From positions 125,135,789 through 125,199,788 of the forward strand of contig NC_068981.1 of assembly GCF_001194135.2 (NCBI RefSeq): a stretch of 64,000 nt of DNA, written 5' to 3'. Shown one piece after another: positions 13,342 through 24,450 of the stretch. The notes under the pieces are model-generated. The model saw only the letters and a program-made list of their open reading frames with translations, did no database searches and was not told the DNA's origin. Numbering within the stretch: position 1 is the first letter of the stretch; each line of letters begins with the position of its first letter. The position numbers and the translations under genes were made by a program. This stretch comes from Octopus bimaculoides. Lineage: Eukaryota.

Positions 13342-13731
13342 AAAAATGTGAGCATGAAAAGTAATATTCTTAAGATTATAAACCTGGAAAAGTACAGGGC
13401 AAGTTATTACACCTGTATAGTTGACAAATAACACTATACTTATTTAAGTAGAATTTGGCTAATTTATTACCTTAAATAAAGAAAAAAGTGACTAATTAGA
13501 TAAACTTACAAATTAGCTGAACAGTTTTGTACAATAAATTTAAAAGAACTGTAAAGAGTGATAAATTAGAAGAACTGGCATTCTTTGCTGCAATATTTTA
13601 AGTAAAAAGTTTCTTATTCTTTACTTTACATGAAGTAATAGTTTGTCCTATACTTTTCTGGGTGTAATAACTTGTCCTGTACTTTTTCAGGTTTATAATG
13701 TTCAGAATATTACTTTTCATGCTCACATTTT
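13342..13731. mobile_element. Fold-back MITE, about 70-bp arms
   Basis: aaaaatgtgagcatgaaaagtaatattc...agttattacacc (13342-13413) versus ggtgtaataacttgtcc...gctcacatttt (13661-13731). Confidence 0.7.
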
Positions 13732-14009
13732 GCCATGTAATATATATATGCATACATAATTACACATACATGTATCAGTGTATATATATATATATACTTT
13801 TACTTGTTTTAGTCATTCAACTGTGGCCATGCTGGAGTACCGCCTTAAATTTTTAGTTGAATGAATCAACCCCAGTACTTATTTTTTTAAGCCTAGTACT
13901 TGTTCTATCAGTCTCTTTGGCCAAACTGCTAAGTTACAGGGATGCAAACACACCAAGACCAGGTGATGGGGGACAAACACAGACACAAAAACACACAAAC
14001 ATATATAGA

Positions 14010-14620
14010 TATAGAATATTGGTACAATAAGGTACCAATGTATACTGGAAATAGCAGTCGATAAATTTACAATGCTATAGTAAAGCTTCACTGTATACAT
14101 AGTGGCAAAAATGTGTGTGGGCAGCGAACATAAAAAATTTTGTCTTACCTCAAGAAAGAACATTAGATAAATGGACAACCCAGAATTGGATAATCTAGTA
14201 CCTAGGTTTCAGATTCTTCAAATACATTTGTTAGCATAAATTTGATTAGTTTTCTGTAGCTAGATTTACCTGGACAATATTTCAAATGTTGCTACATCAA
14301 TGCCAGTATACTCACCTGAATGCCTAGCCGTTAACAGAACTGAGAACAGTGAATATTGTCCAGGTAAATCTAGCTGAAGAAGATTAATCAAATTTATAAC
14401 AAATGTATTTGAAGAGTCCGAAACCTAGGTACTAGATTATCCGATTCTGGATTGTCCATTTATCTAATGTTCTTCCTAGAGGTAAGACAAAATTTTTTAT
14501 GTTCACTGCCCGCACACATCTTTGCCAGTATGTATACAGTGAAACTTTACTATAGCGTCATAAATTTATTGACTGCTATTTCCAGTAAACATTGGTGCCT
14601 TGTTGTACCACTATTCTATA
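14010..14620. mobile_element. Large fold-back MITE, about 270-bp inverted arms, about 66-bp spacer, TA-flanked
   Basis: 14010-14283 is the reverse complement of 14350-14620 along the whole arm (e.g. gataatctagtacctaggtttc / gaaacctaggtactagattatc). Confidence 0.85.
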
Positions 14621-14701
14621 TGTATACTTCTACCTTTACAATGCTTTATTTGACTGGAAAGTAATACATCTGTATTGCAATATTAAAATTTTTCATTGTA
14701 T

Positions 14702-14758
<57 letters not shown>

Positions 14759-15461
14759 NNNNNNNNNNNNNNNNNNNNNNNNNNNNNNNNNNNNNNNNNN
14801 NNNNNNNNNNNNNNNNNNNNNNNNNNNNNNNNNNNNNNNNNNNNNNNNNNNNNNNNNNNNNNNNNNNNNNNNNNNNNNNNNNNNNNNNNNNNNNNNNNNN
14901 NNNNNNNNNNNNNNNNNNNNNNNNNNNNNNNNNNNNNNNNNNNNNGAAATAAGAGGAAAAGAAAAAAGAAAAATTAATATTAATAATAAGGCAGAATGCT
15001 AAAACTGAAAGCATATTTTAATATAGATGTGTATAAGGAGGATTAAAAAGGATTTCTAACCAGCTTTCATTGCATAGCAAATTTTCAAGAAGAGGGAAAA
15101 TGAAAATAGTGTTTTTTTACAAAAAAATAAAAAATATATAAAAAAATAAATATACCAATACATTATATTGTCTTTGAGCTTTGAAAGTTCAATGGTAATC
15201 CATGTAGATAATTGTTAGAAAGATTAGGATGCATGTATTTAAAATTAGTGTTCTGTTTAAAAAAGGCTGAATGTTTATGTGTCAAACAGGAAGTGTGGTG
15301 TCAAACAGGAAGTGTGAATAAGGGGAGACAATTCTATGGGTTTTATACTCTTTAATTGGAGTTCTGGACTCTTTGTCAACAGGAAGTTTATGTCTGTTCT
15401 TAGAGAAACAAGAAGTAAATTTATATGTATTTCATTGGGTGGGCGAGAGAAGGGAATATGG

Positions 15462-15650
15462 TCACCAAGGAGTTTGTATGGTAAGAAGTGTTTGGTATTT
15501 CTCTATGAAAAGATTCTCCTTGTTGATTCTTTCTTGTGTAGAGATTCTGTCTTTACATTGATAGAAAGGGAATATAAGGAATTTAGGATTTCTATTTCTG
15601 GCACAAGAGTCTATGTAGCCACTGAGTGGAATTTGACGGTGTTGTGGAAG
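15462..15650 (-). mobile_element. Penelope-like GIY-YIG endonuclease C-terminal fragment
   Basis: HRQIPLSGYIDSCARNRNPKFLIFPFYQCKDRISTQERINKENLFIEKYQTLL resembles the PLE endonuclease tail (R.IPLSEHI..C...F.IFPFY....R..KE..FI.KY.P.LN). Confidence 0.7.
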
Positions 15651-16589
15651 ATTTATTTGTTCTTTAAAGAGTAGCAGTAATGAAACCGCTTGGATACCCA
15701 ACACCTGCGTGGGGTGGGGGGGGATGTGTGCAAGAAAAACATTTATGGACATGAACTTGTGCAATGTTACACCTCTGAATTTTTTTAATTTGTGATAATG
15801 ACTCAAGTCGTTACCTCTAAAATTAATTTCCTTCGCATTTTCTCTCTTTTTCAATATTCAATTAAAAGAGAGAATATGTTGTTACTAACAATGTTAAAAC
15901 TTTAGTAACTTGATCGATCTGTCATTCAACCAGGATTTCAATTTCATTTGATACACACTTCGCTATCATTTATATGGAGAATTGCAAGCATGGCATATAA
16001 AGACGACTTATTTTAATAGAAATTTTATGAGTAGATTTCCGTAAATGTTTCTCTTGTGCACCCACACCCCTAACACACATATACGCATGCAGATATACAT
16101 GGATTAAGTCCTATTTTGGAAGTATGTTAAGGTTTTTATTATTTTGGAATGAAGAACACAAACATAGGTGCTGAGCCAGTGACTCAACTTGTAGTATTTT
16201 GTTGGGATTAATCCAGTGAACTGACAGCAAAATAATTGCTTCTATCAGAATCGTTTACCTTTAAAGTGAAAAAACAAAACTGGTGTATACGACACACAAA
16301 CACACGAGAGATAAGTACAGGACAGTCCATTCTATTGTTGTTTGTTAATTCAAAGCCCTAAGTTTTCCTATCTTGACGTTGAAAGCTCGAAACAGGGAGT
16401 AATAAACAGTCGACAACTTAGGAGAAGTTAGACTTCTTTTGATATTTTGTCCCGAACTTGTGTCTCATTATAAGTTTACGTATTTTTCACTCATTGTTGA
16501 TGTCCTGTTCTTATTGTGCTATTTGTCCTGTACTTATCTTTTGTGTGTTTACATGTTTTTCGTTCATTGGTGATGTCCTATACTTAATG

Positions 16590-16634
<45 letters not shown>

Positions 16635-18507
16635 CACACACACACACTATACTATGTGTGAGAACTGAATATGTGACCTCAAATCAGTAGACACCCCACA
16701 GTTACATTTTGACAATTCACAACAATATTGACCACTCCAAAATATTCCATTTCTTTATTCTTGATGGACTTAACTTTCCTTCCTCCTCCATTCTTAAGTA
16801 CTATTTACTGTTAGTCTTATCTTTACCTTTAGCTTTATCTTTATTTCATTTACGTATTATTTATTTTTCCCCTTCTTCATTTTCTTTGCATTCTCTCTTC
16901 CTTCTTCTCCTTCTTCCTCTTATACACATATGTGTTTTTGTATTTTTACATATTTTTCCTTTTTTGTGTGTATACTTGTAAGGAAAAACTTTTGCTATTT
17001 AAGCGAACTTAGAATGTAAAGACAGATGAAACGCTGCTGAGCATTTTGCCCAGCATGCTAATGATTCTGACAGCTCAATAATAATAATAATAATAATAAT
17101 AATAATTATTATTATTCTTTCAACCATAGGCACAAGGCCTGAAATTTTGGGGAGGGGGATAGTTGATTGCATCAAACTTAGTGCATAAGTGCTACTTAAT
17201 TTATTGACTCCGAAAGAATGAAAGGCAAAGTCGACTTAGGCAGAATTTGAACTCATAACATAAACATATACTTTTCAGATTGAAAATGGGTTATGTGAAG
17301 TTTGAAACTCATATCAGGGTCACTCTTTGTAAACATTATTAAAATAAAAATTATTCCCCAAAATAGCCATCTCTACTCATCTTTTCAAATGTATATATAT
17401 ATATATATAGAAAGAGAGAATATATATGTGTGTGTATACACACACATAAATGGGCTTCCACACAGTTTCTGTCAACCATATTCACTCACAAGACATTGGT
17501 TGGCATGGGGCTATGTTAGAGGATGCTTTTGCATGATGTTATGCAATGGAACTGAACCTGAAACCATATTGTTGCAAAGATGAGCTGCTTAATCACACAA
17601 CTCTGCCTGCACTTATAATGAATATGTAAGTACTGAAATATCTTCCTTCATTAAAAATGAGGTTAAATATTCGTAGAATTATAAATCTGATCAATCATCT
17701 CAGACTTTTAGCCTGTAGCAGTTCAGCTTCTTCTGATTCACATATTTTATTGAACTTTAATTTCATGAAGCCAATGTGAGAAAGCATCTATGTGCTCCCT
17801 CAACCTGATAGAAATTGCAACCAAATTCTCTCAAATTACATTTTATTTTCATAAAAAAGGGGAAGGAAGTATTGAATAATATAGACTTGAGTTAATATAG
17901 ACTTTTAGTTGAATGACTCAACCCCAGTACTTATTTTTTTAAGCCTATATAAATATAGAATAATGGTACAACAAGGCACCAATGTTTACTGGAAATAGCA
18001 GTCGATAAATTTACAATGCTATAGTAAAGCTTCACTGTATACAAACCAAAGAAAATATGTCTCCACTGGGTTTTATTGTTTTCTATTGCTGAAACTATCT
18101 GTCAATTGCAAGTCCTGAGTAAAAATATAGTCCAACATATCCCTAAAAGAACTGACTGGTCATGCCTGGAATACCTTTGGTCATGAGTTTGTTAAATTAA
18201 ATTTCTCCTCAGACAAAATAACAACAATATTCCTAGAACACCTATTTTATTTTAAATAAGCTAACTTGCTTTTGCAACAAGATGAAGCCAATGGCATTAT
18301 GATTTTGACAATGATGATGATGCCATCGACTACTACTACTGCTGCCGATAATGATGATAAGAAGAAAAATTCTTTCTAATTTTGTTGCAAAGCAGGCAAT
18401 TTTGAGTGGGATGGAGTGCAAGTTGATTACATCAACCCCGGCACTTGACTGGCACCTACTTAACCAACACCAGATCACCACCTTAATAATAATAATAATA
18501 ATAATAA

Positions 18508-19365
18508 TCCCTTCTACTAAAGGCACAAGATCTGAAATATTGGGAGACGGGACCAGTCAATTATTTCAACCTCAGTGTTTCACTAGTTCTTAATTTATCA
18601 ACCCTGAAAGGATGAAAGGCAAAGTCGACCTCAGCGGAATTTGAACTTAGAATGTAAAGACAGATGAAACGCTGCTGAGCATTTTGCCCAGCATGCTAAT
18701 GATTCTGACAGCTCAATAATAATAATAATAATAATAATTATTATTATTCTTTCAACCATAGGCACAAGGCCTGAAATTTTGGGGAGGGGGATAGTTGATT
18801 GCATCAAACTTAGTGCATAAGTGCTACTTAATTTATTGACTCCGAAAGAATGAAAGGCAAAGTCGACTTAGGCAGAATTTGAACTCATAACATAAACATG
18901 GACGAAATGCCACCATGCTACTGATTCTGCTAGCTCAATAAAAATAATAATAATAATGGTCTCAAATTTTAGCATAAGGTCAGCAATTATGGGGAAGGGT
19001 GCTCAACTGGTACTTATTTTATTGACTCTAAAAGTTGAACCCAGCAGCATTTGAACTCAGAACATAAAATAGGATTAAATGCTGTTATGCAATTTTTTAC
19101 AGCATGAAAACAATTCTGCCAGCTTGCTTCCCTAATAATAATAATAATAATGGTTCAAATTTTGGCACAAGGCCAGCAAATTTGGAAGTAGAAGGTAAGT
19201 TGATTACATGGACCCCAGTGTGTAACTGGTACTTATTTTATTGACCTCAAAAGGATGTAAGGCCAAGTCAGCCTCAGCATCATTTGAACTCAGAACATAA
19301 AGATGGACAAAATGCCACTAAGTATTTTGCCTGGTGTGTTAATGAGTCTGCCAGCTCACCACCCT
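18508..19365 (-). mobile_element. Head-to-tail array of four tRNA-derived SINEs separated by (AAT)n
   Basis: Units at about 18508-18714, 18748-18940, 18957-19132 and 19150-19365, each of the form ggcacaagg...tgaactcagaa...gccagctc. Confidence 0.85.
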
Positions 19366-19376
19366 AATAATAATAA

Positions 19377-19847
19377 CTGGGACTTTGACTTCAGGACATA
19401 CAAAATGTTAGAGCTCTGAAGGCTGGATATAGTAACCTTTGAGAGGGATAAACAAGAGTGCCTAATAATCAATGTGGCAGTGCCAGGAGATCAACATATC
19501 GTAAAAGAAACAGAAAAGGTTGATATATATAGAGACCTGAGAATTGAGATTGCCAAGATGTGGCAGCTGTGAGAGTCAAACATAAAGGTTGCTTGTTGCC
19601 CCTGTTGTGATTGGAGCATTGGGTTCAATACCACCCAACCTGAAGAAACATCTGGAAACTTTAGAAATACCCTATAATCTTGGTGTATTGTAAAATACTG
19701 GCTTTACTTGGAACTGCATGCATGTTGTGTAAAGTACTGTCTGTCTGAGGTCTCTGTTGGGAATTGACAGACAGTACAAATTCCTGGGAAACCCCACAAT
19801 ATCTTCAATCTACCACATCACAGTATTGGACATTGTGTGATGTCTTC

Positions 19848-19900
<53 letters not shown>
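19377..19900 (+). mobile_element. R4/Dong-clade non-LTR retrotransposon 3' fragment (restriction-like endonuclease) with (AAT)n tail
   Basis: WDFDFRT...RLDIVTF...CLIINVAVPGDQHIVKETEKVDIYRDLRIEIAKMW...PVVIGALGSIP...LLGTA...KVLSV* is the PD..D..KE.K..KY REL pattern. (TAA)n lies on both sides. Confidence 0.8.
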
Positions 19901-19904
<4 letters not shown>

Positions 19905-19940
19905 GAGAATGACTGAAAAAATAGAAAGAAGAAATCTTAC

Positions 19941-20000
19941 TTGCAACATTGATACAAAGGAGCAAGGATCGAATATTCATCATGATACGGATTGCCAAAA
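19941..20000 (-). CDS. FAM20B: FAM20B coding exon (60 nt)
   Basis: cttctag|T TTT GGC AAT CCG...TGT TGC AA|gtaaga translates as (S)[19 protein letters not shown](K), matching human [20 protein letters not shown]. Confidence 0.97.
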
Positions 20001-20598
20001 CTAGAAGTTGAAGAAAAGATAATACATTAAAAGACAAAGAAAAACAAAAGAAATTTACATTGATATCCATTCAAACAACACAGATTTATTATAAACAGAC
20101 ACATGGTCTGAGGCTTTGTTTCTTTACATGAATGTGTTTGGTGGTGGTGGTGGTGGTGATAGTGGTTTTAATGAAAGTGTGTTGTGATGGTCATTCATTA
20201 AGGTGGAAACAAAAGATCAGTATTTTTGTTTTTTTTCTATAATTTTTGTTCAATGAAGATGTGAATTTGCAGAGAATGTGGAGTTGGTTGACTCAATCAC
20301 AGTAGATTTCTAGCAAACTGAGACAGCTCTACATGGTGTTTCAATCTGTTAGAAATAGCAGCCAAATTACCTTATTACATTGTACAGTTTTTAAAAAAAA
20401 AGTTGGGGGGAGGATACATTGAATAATGTAGTCCTAGATACACTGGAACAAAAATGTGATGATTATAACTGGAACACCTTTCTTCATAGGTCTACTTAAT
20501 CAGGGCTAACCTGGGGTTAAACAATACCATTGATAACTGGTGCTTGGTTTACAACCCACCTAACCATCGTATGGATGAAAGAGAGAGATGGTGTAATT

Positions 20599-20813
20599 TT
20601 TTTCTACTCTAGGCACAAGGTCCAAAATGTTTTGGGGAAGGGGCCAGTCAATTAGATCAACCCCAATACGCAACTGGTACTCAATTTATCAACCCCGAAA
20701 GGATGAAAGGCAAAGTCGACCTCGGGGGAATTTGAACTCAGAATGCAAAAACAGATGAAATATGGCTAAGCATTTCACCTGGCATGCTAACATTTCTGCC
20801 AGTTCGCCGCCTT
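20599..20813 (-). mobile_element. Full-length tRNA-derived SINE with 15-bp TSD
   Basis: TSD agagatggtgtaatt at 20584-20598 and 20814-20828. Confidence 0.9.
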
Positions 20814-21009
20814 AGAGATGGTGTAATTCTGGCTCAAATGTTTTTACAAAGAAGAATAATGATAATTGAGGTTATATACTGCTAATTAAGATCTAGCAAA
20901 TTAACTGATAAGATTTGCATCACTCACTTAGTATCAATTCTTTGAAGCAATTAAGAAGCTTCTGGATGGCAGGAAAATATAATTCTTCCTCATATCACAC
21001 ATTTCTATC

Positions 21010-21232
21010 TTAATCCTCTAGCATTCATCAAATGTAATATTTATTCACATTGATTTGAAGTAATCATGCATTATCTTGTAGCTTTGAGATTTTGATGATG
21101 TGACTGTATATTTTTAAAATGACATTCATTGTAGGGTAGGCATGAGAGGCCAAATCTGGCTGGTTTGAACATACCATAAAGTAGGCAGAATATTTTGCCT
21201 AGCTATGTCTGGTTTAAAGGCTTAAGGGTTAA
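21010..21232. mobile_element. TTAA-flanked MITE, family A
   Basis: ttaa-tcctctagcatt...cttaaggg-ttaa; homologous to 34482-34708 and 60459-60670. Confidence 0.7.
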
Positions 21233-24186
21233 AAATGGAAGAAAACAGTGGACAAAGTAGCCCAGAATACAGAAAGATTTTTTTAAAAAGTGAAGTAGTC
21301 ACAGTTGAAATACTTTTGAACATAAGGCTGGCATAGGATAAACAACAATGGCTTGAATGGAGAGATAGAGGGTGATATGGGAGAAACTAGAAACTACCTC
21401 CAATAAACATAAAATAGCCTCCTTAAAACATCCCATTTATCAAATGTAAGTTTTGTATCATACATTCTCTCTCTCCACACATACACAGCTAAATCCCTCA
21501 AATTCCCTATAAAGACCCTTAGATTCCTTAAAAATGATTAGGGGCTTACGATCTCTGATGAACTTTTACTATAAGCATACATCTAAAACACTGCCAAAAA
21601 ATGACAATTTCAAAAACTAGATTTCCTTTTTGGATCAAAAGGCACTTCTGACCCAATCAGTTGTTCCCTAAAATCTATAATTTACATATTCTCACCCCAC
21701 ACCACTCTACCCAACAAAGCCTAAAATAAAACAAAATCACTCCAACACACTATATAAACCAGTGAGAAAGCCTTTGCATGGCTGCTTGTTTTGTTAGAAA
21801 TGCCATCCAAACCTTTCTCATACCACTCTTGACCATCTTAATCAAAATATATTTTAAATAATGTAATCTGTGATACACTATGTTTAAAAATAAAACAATA
21901 AGACAAAGCTGTTGACTGGTGGCTAAGCAGTAATATTTCAGTTGTTCATAGCTGTTCTGGTTCTCCTCTTTACCTCTTCTTCCACTTCCATAACACTGTT
22001 TCTCCCCTCCTCTAAACTACTAAGCTTTGTACCGTTTCACCTGAATTCACCCAATGTATCCCAAAACCCTATTGTGTTTGCTCTGTCCTCAAACTCTACA
22101 CTAAATTTGCTTAATCATTCTTTTGCCAGAACTGTAAGCCTGACATACCTTCCTTGCTTATGTTGTCAAATACCAACCCATAGAATATCAAGATGAACAT
22201 CAACTGTGTTAATCTCATTACCCTAGGAGGGATTGCAAAGATCAGAGGAACATCGCTTCCATCAACCATATTTAAAAAAGTTAAGTTTTTATACTCTGAC
22301 AACAATAAAAAAAGAAAATGAAAGAAAAAAAAAAGCTACACAAAGTTTATCTATATTGTAGCAAGTCATAAAAAAGGCAGCAATATGACGTAATGGTTGT
22401 TTGCCTGAACAAGCATAATTGTTGGTAATCCCATTGGTTAAAATTACTGCCCATATTTGAATTCTAAACTTTTGTCATAGAAAATTCTTTCACGAAATAT
22501 GGTTCTTAGAATTCAGGTATGAGCAGTTATAAAAACCCTGATTTGGAGGAAATTAATCAGTGTTCGTAGAATGTTACTAAACTCCACAACGCTCGTCCAT
22601 TGAGATATTGGCTATTTTTAATGCCATGTCTATGATAAAAATCCAACAAGACTTATTTGAATTGTTGTGAACTCTAGTAGTTAGTATGAAAGATTAGCTA
22701 GTGTGAATTTTAAGTCGTATTTCTCTACAACAAAATGACTTTACTTTCCAATTGTACTATAAATGCTAAATGTACATAAATAAAATAATGTAGTAATTAT
22801 TTTCTCTTTCTTCACGTTCTTCAACTTGTTAATGAAATTAATTATGAAACTGTGTATTTTTTTTATAGTGGTTAAAAGAACACGAATTTATTTATCTTCA
22901 ACGTACATACATGCATAAAATGTCCGTTAGCGTTTCAGAGTATATATTTCTCACTATGGCGTTTATGTAACTGGAGTCAAGATTTATGTATAATGATAAC
23001 ACTTATAACTTACTAAAGTTATAAGTGACGTGTCTATCAATATATATTCCTACTTCAAAAGTAAAATATATTTATTATCTATTTCCAAATAGGAAACATA
23101 AAAATAGTGTTACACAAACAGTAACCAAACCAGCTATAAAAATATTCTCTGAGACTCCAATTAGATTTTAACCTTTAACTGCAAAATTAAATTTCATGGT
23201 TATTCCAGTAATGATGTTAAATGTCTACCAAAAAATAGAATTGGTATTTCTGGTAAGTCATGTCGCCTCAGTAAACTTGATACATCTTAACAGAAAATAG
23301 TTTCAAATATGACATTCCTAAACAAAAGATAGATTAGTATGTAAAACTGCTTTCTACAGTTAAGGGCAATAACATTTTGAGTGGATATATTCTGTTTTCC
23401 ATGGTAAAAGGCTTAGACTCTGGTACTATGACTGTGTGAATTATGAGTAATGATTGTCTGATGGTTTGAAGTTAATACAGTGGCAAGAAGTCAACCATAA
23501 TAGGTGAAATCTGTTTAAAAACTGTGCTTTCATTGTTTGGTAAAAAGAGGAGGAATATTTTAATGTTTAGTGTAATGGAATACAATAAAACTAGGAATAG
23601 TAGAGTAGAAGAGAAAGCTCTGACAAGTTGTGTTTCAATTTCCTACCATTTATGTAATATGTATTCTTCATTTCTCACCTCTATTAATATGAGGCCAAAG
23701 CTATATGAAAAATCATTGATAATTAGTTTACAGCAGAAACCTAAAGAATTCAGAATAAAAAGTAAGTAATTTCTTTTAATAGTTATTATTAAGTATTGCA
23801 GTAATTTCCATTCCACTTTGTAAGACTTTCAATTTTACATGAATTCTAACATCATTTTTCTTCTTCAACACACATTTGTAATTGCTCTCTTTACATTATA
23901 GTGTGAAAAAGATTGGTTTTTGTTGTTGCATTTGTTTAGTGAATGACTTGTTCTGAGACTGTGTTTAGAAACTAAGACAACTGCATTATGGTAGACCTAT
24001 ATATCTCATTTAATATGTGTGTGTTAGTGTGTAGTAAGAAGTTTGCTTCCCAACTGCATGATTCTGAATTCAGTCCTACTGTGCGGTCCCTTGTGCAAGT
24101 CTTTTCAATTATAGCCCCAGGCTTTGTGAGCAGATGTGGTAGACAGAAACTGAAAGAAACTTGTCATATATGTGCACAGATACTAC

Positions 24187-24202
24187 CGCGCGCGCGCGCG
24201 CG

Positions 24203-24237
<35 letters not shown>

Positions 24238-24264
24238 GCATGCACACACACACACACACATACA
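24187..24264. repeat. (CG)12 followed by (CA)n: alternating purine-pyrimidine tract
   Basis: Read directly from the sequence. Confidence 0.95.
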
Positions 24265-24422
24265 ATGGCTATTTTCACACTCACCAGCCTTCAAAAACCA
24301 CTTTCTACATCTCTTTCCACTTCCATTCAGTTATTTTTTAGCCATGTAAGAATGTGGCACACGTTCTTTTTCGGGATTACACTTTTCCTTTTCTCTGGAC
24401 TTCTTTTCCCATTTTCTTCTTT

Positions 24423-24450
24423 CTGATGAAGAACCATGCTGGAAACATCA
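24423..24450 (+). ncRNA. Decayed minimal hammerhead-ribozyme core in a Penelope-type terminal repeat
   Basis: ctgatga-a-gaac-cat-gctg-gaaa-catca. The CUGAUGA and GAAA boxes are intact; stem II (gagc/gctc expected) and the ACGU palindrome are mutated. Confidence 0.45.
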
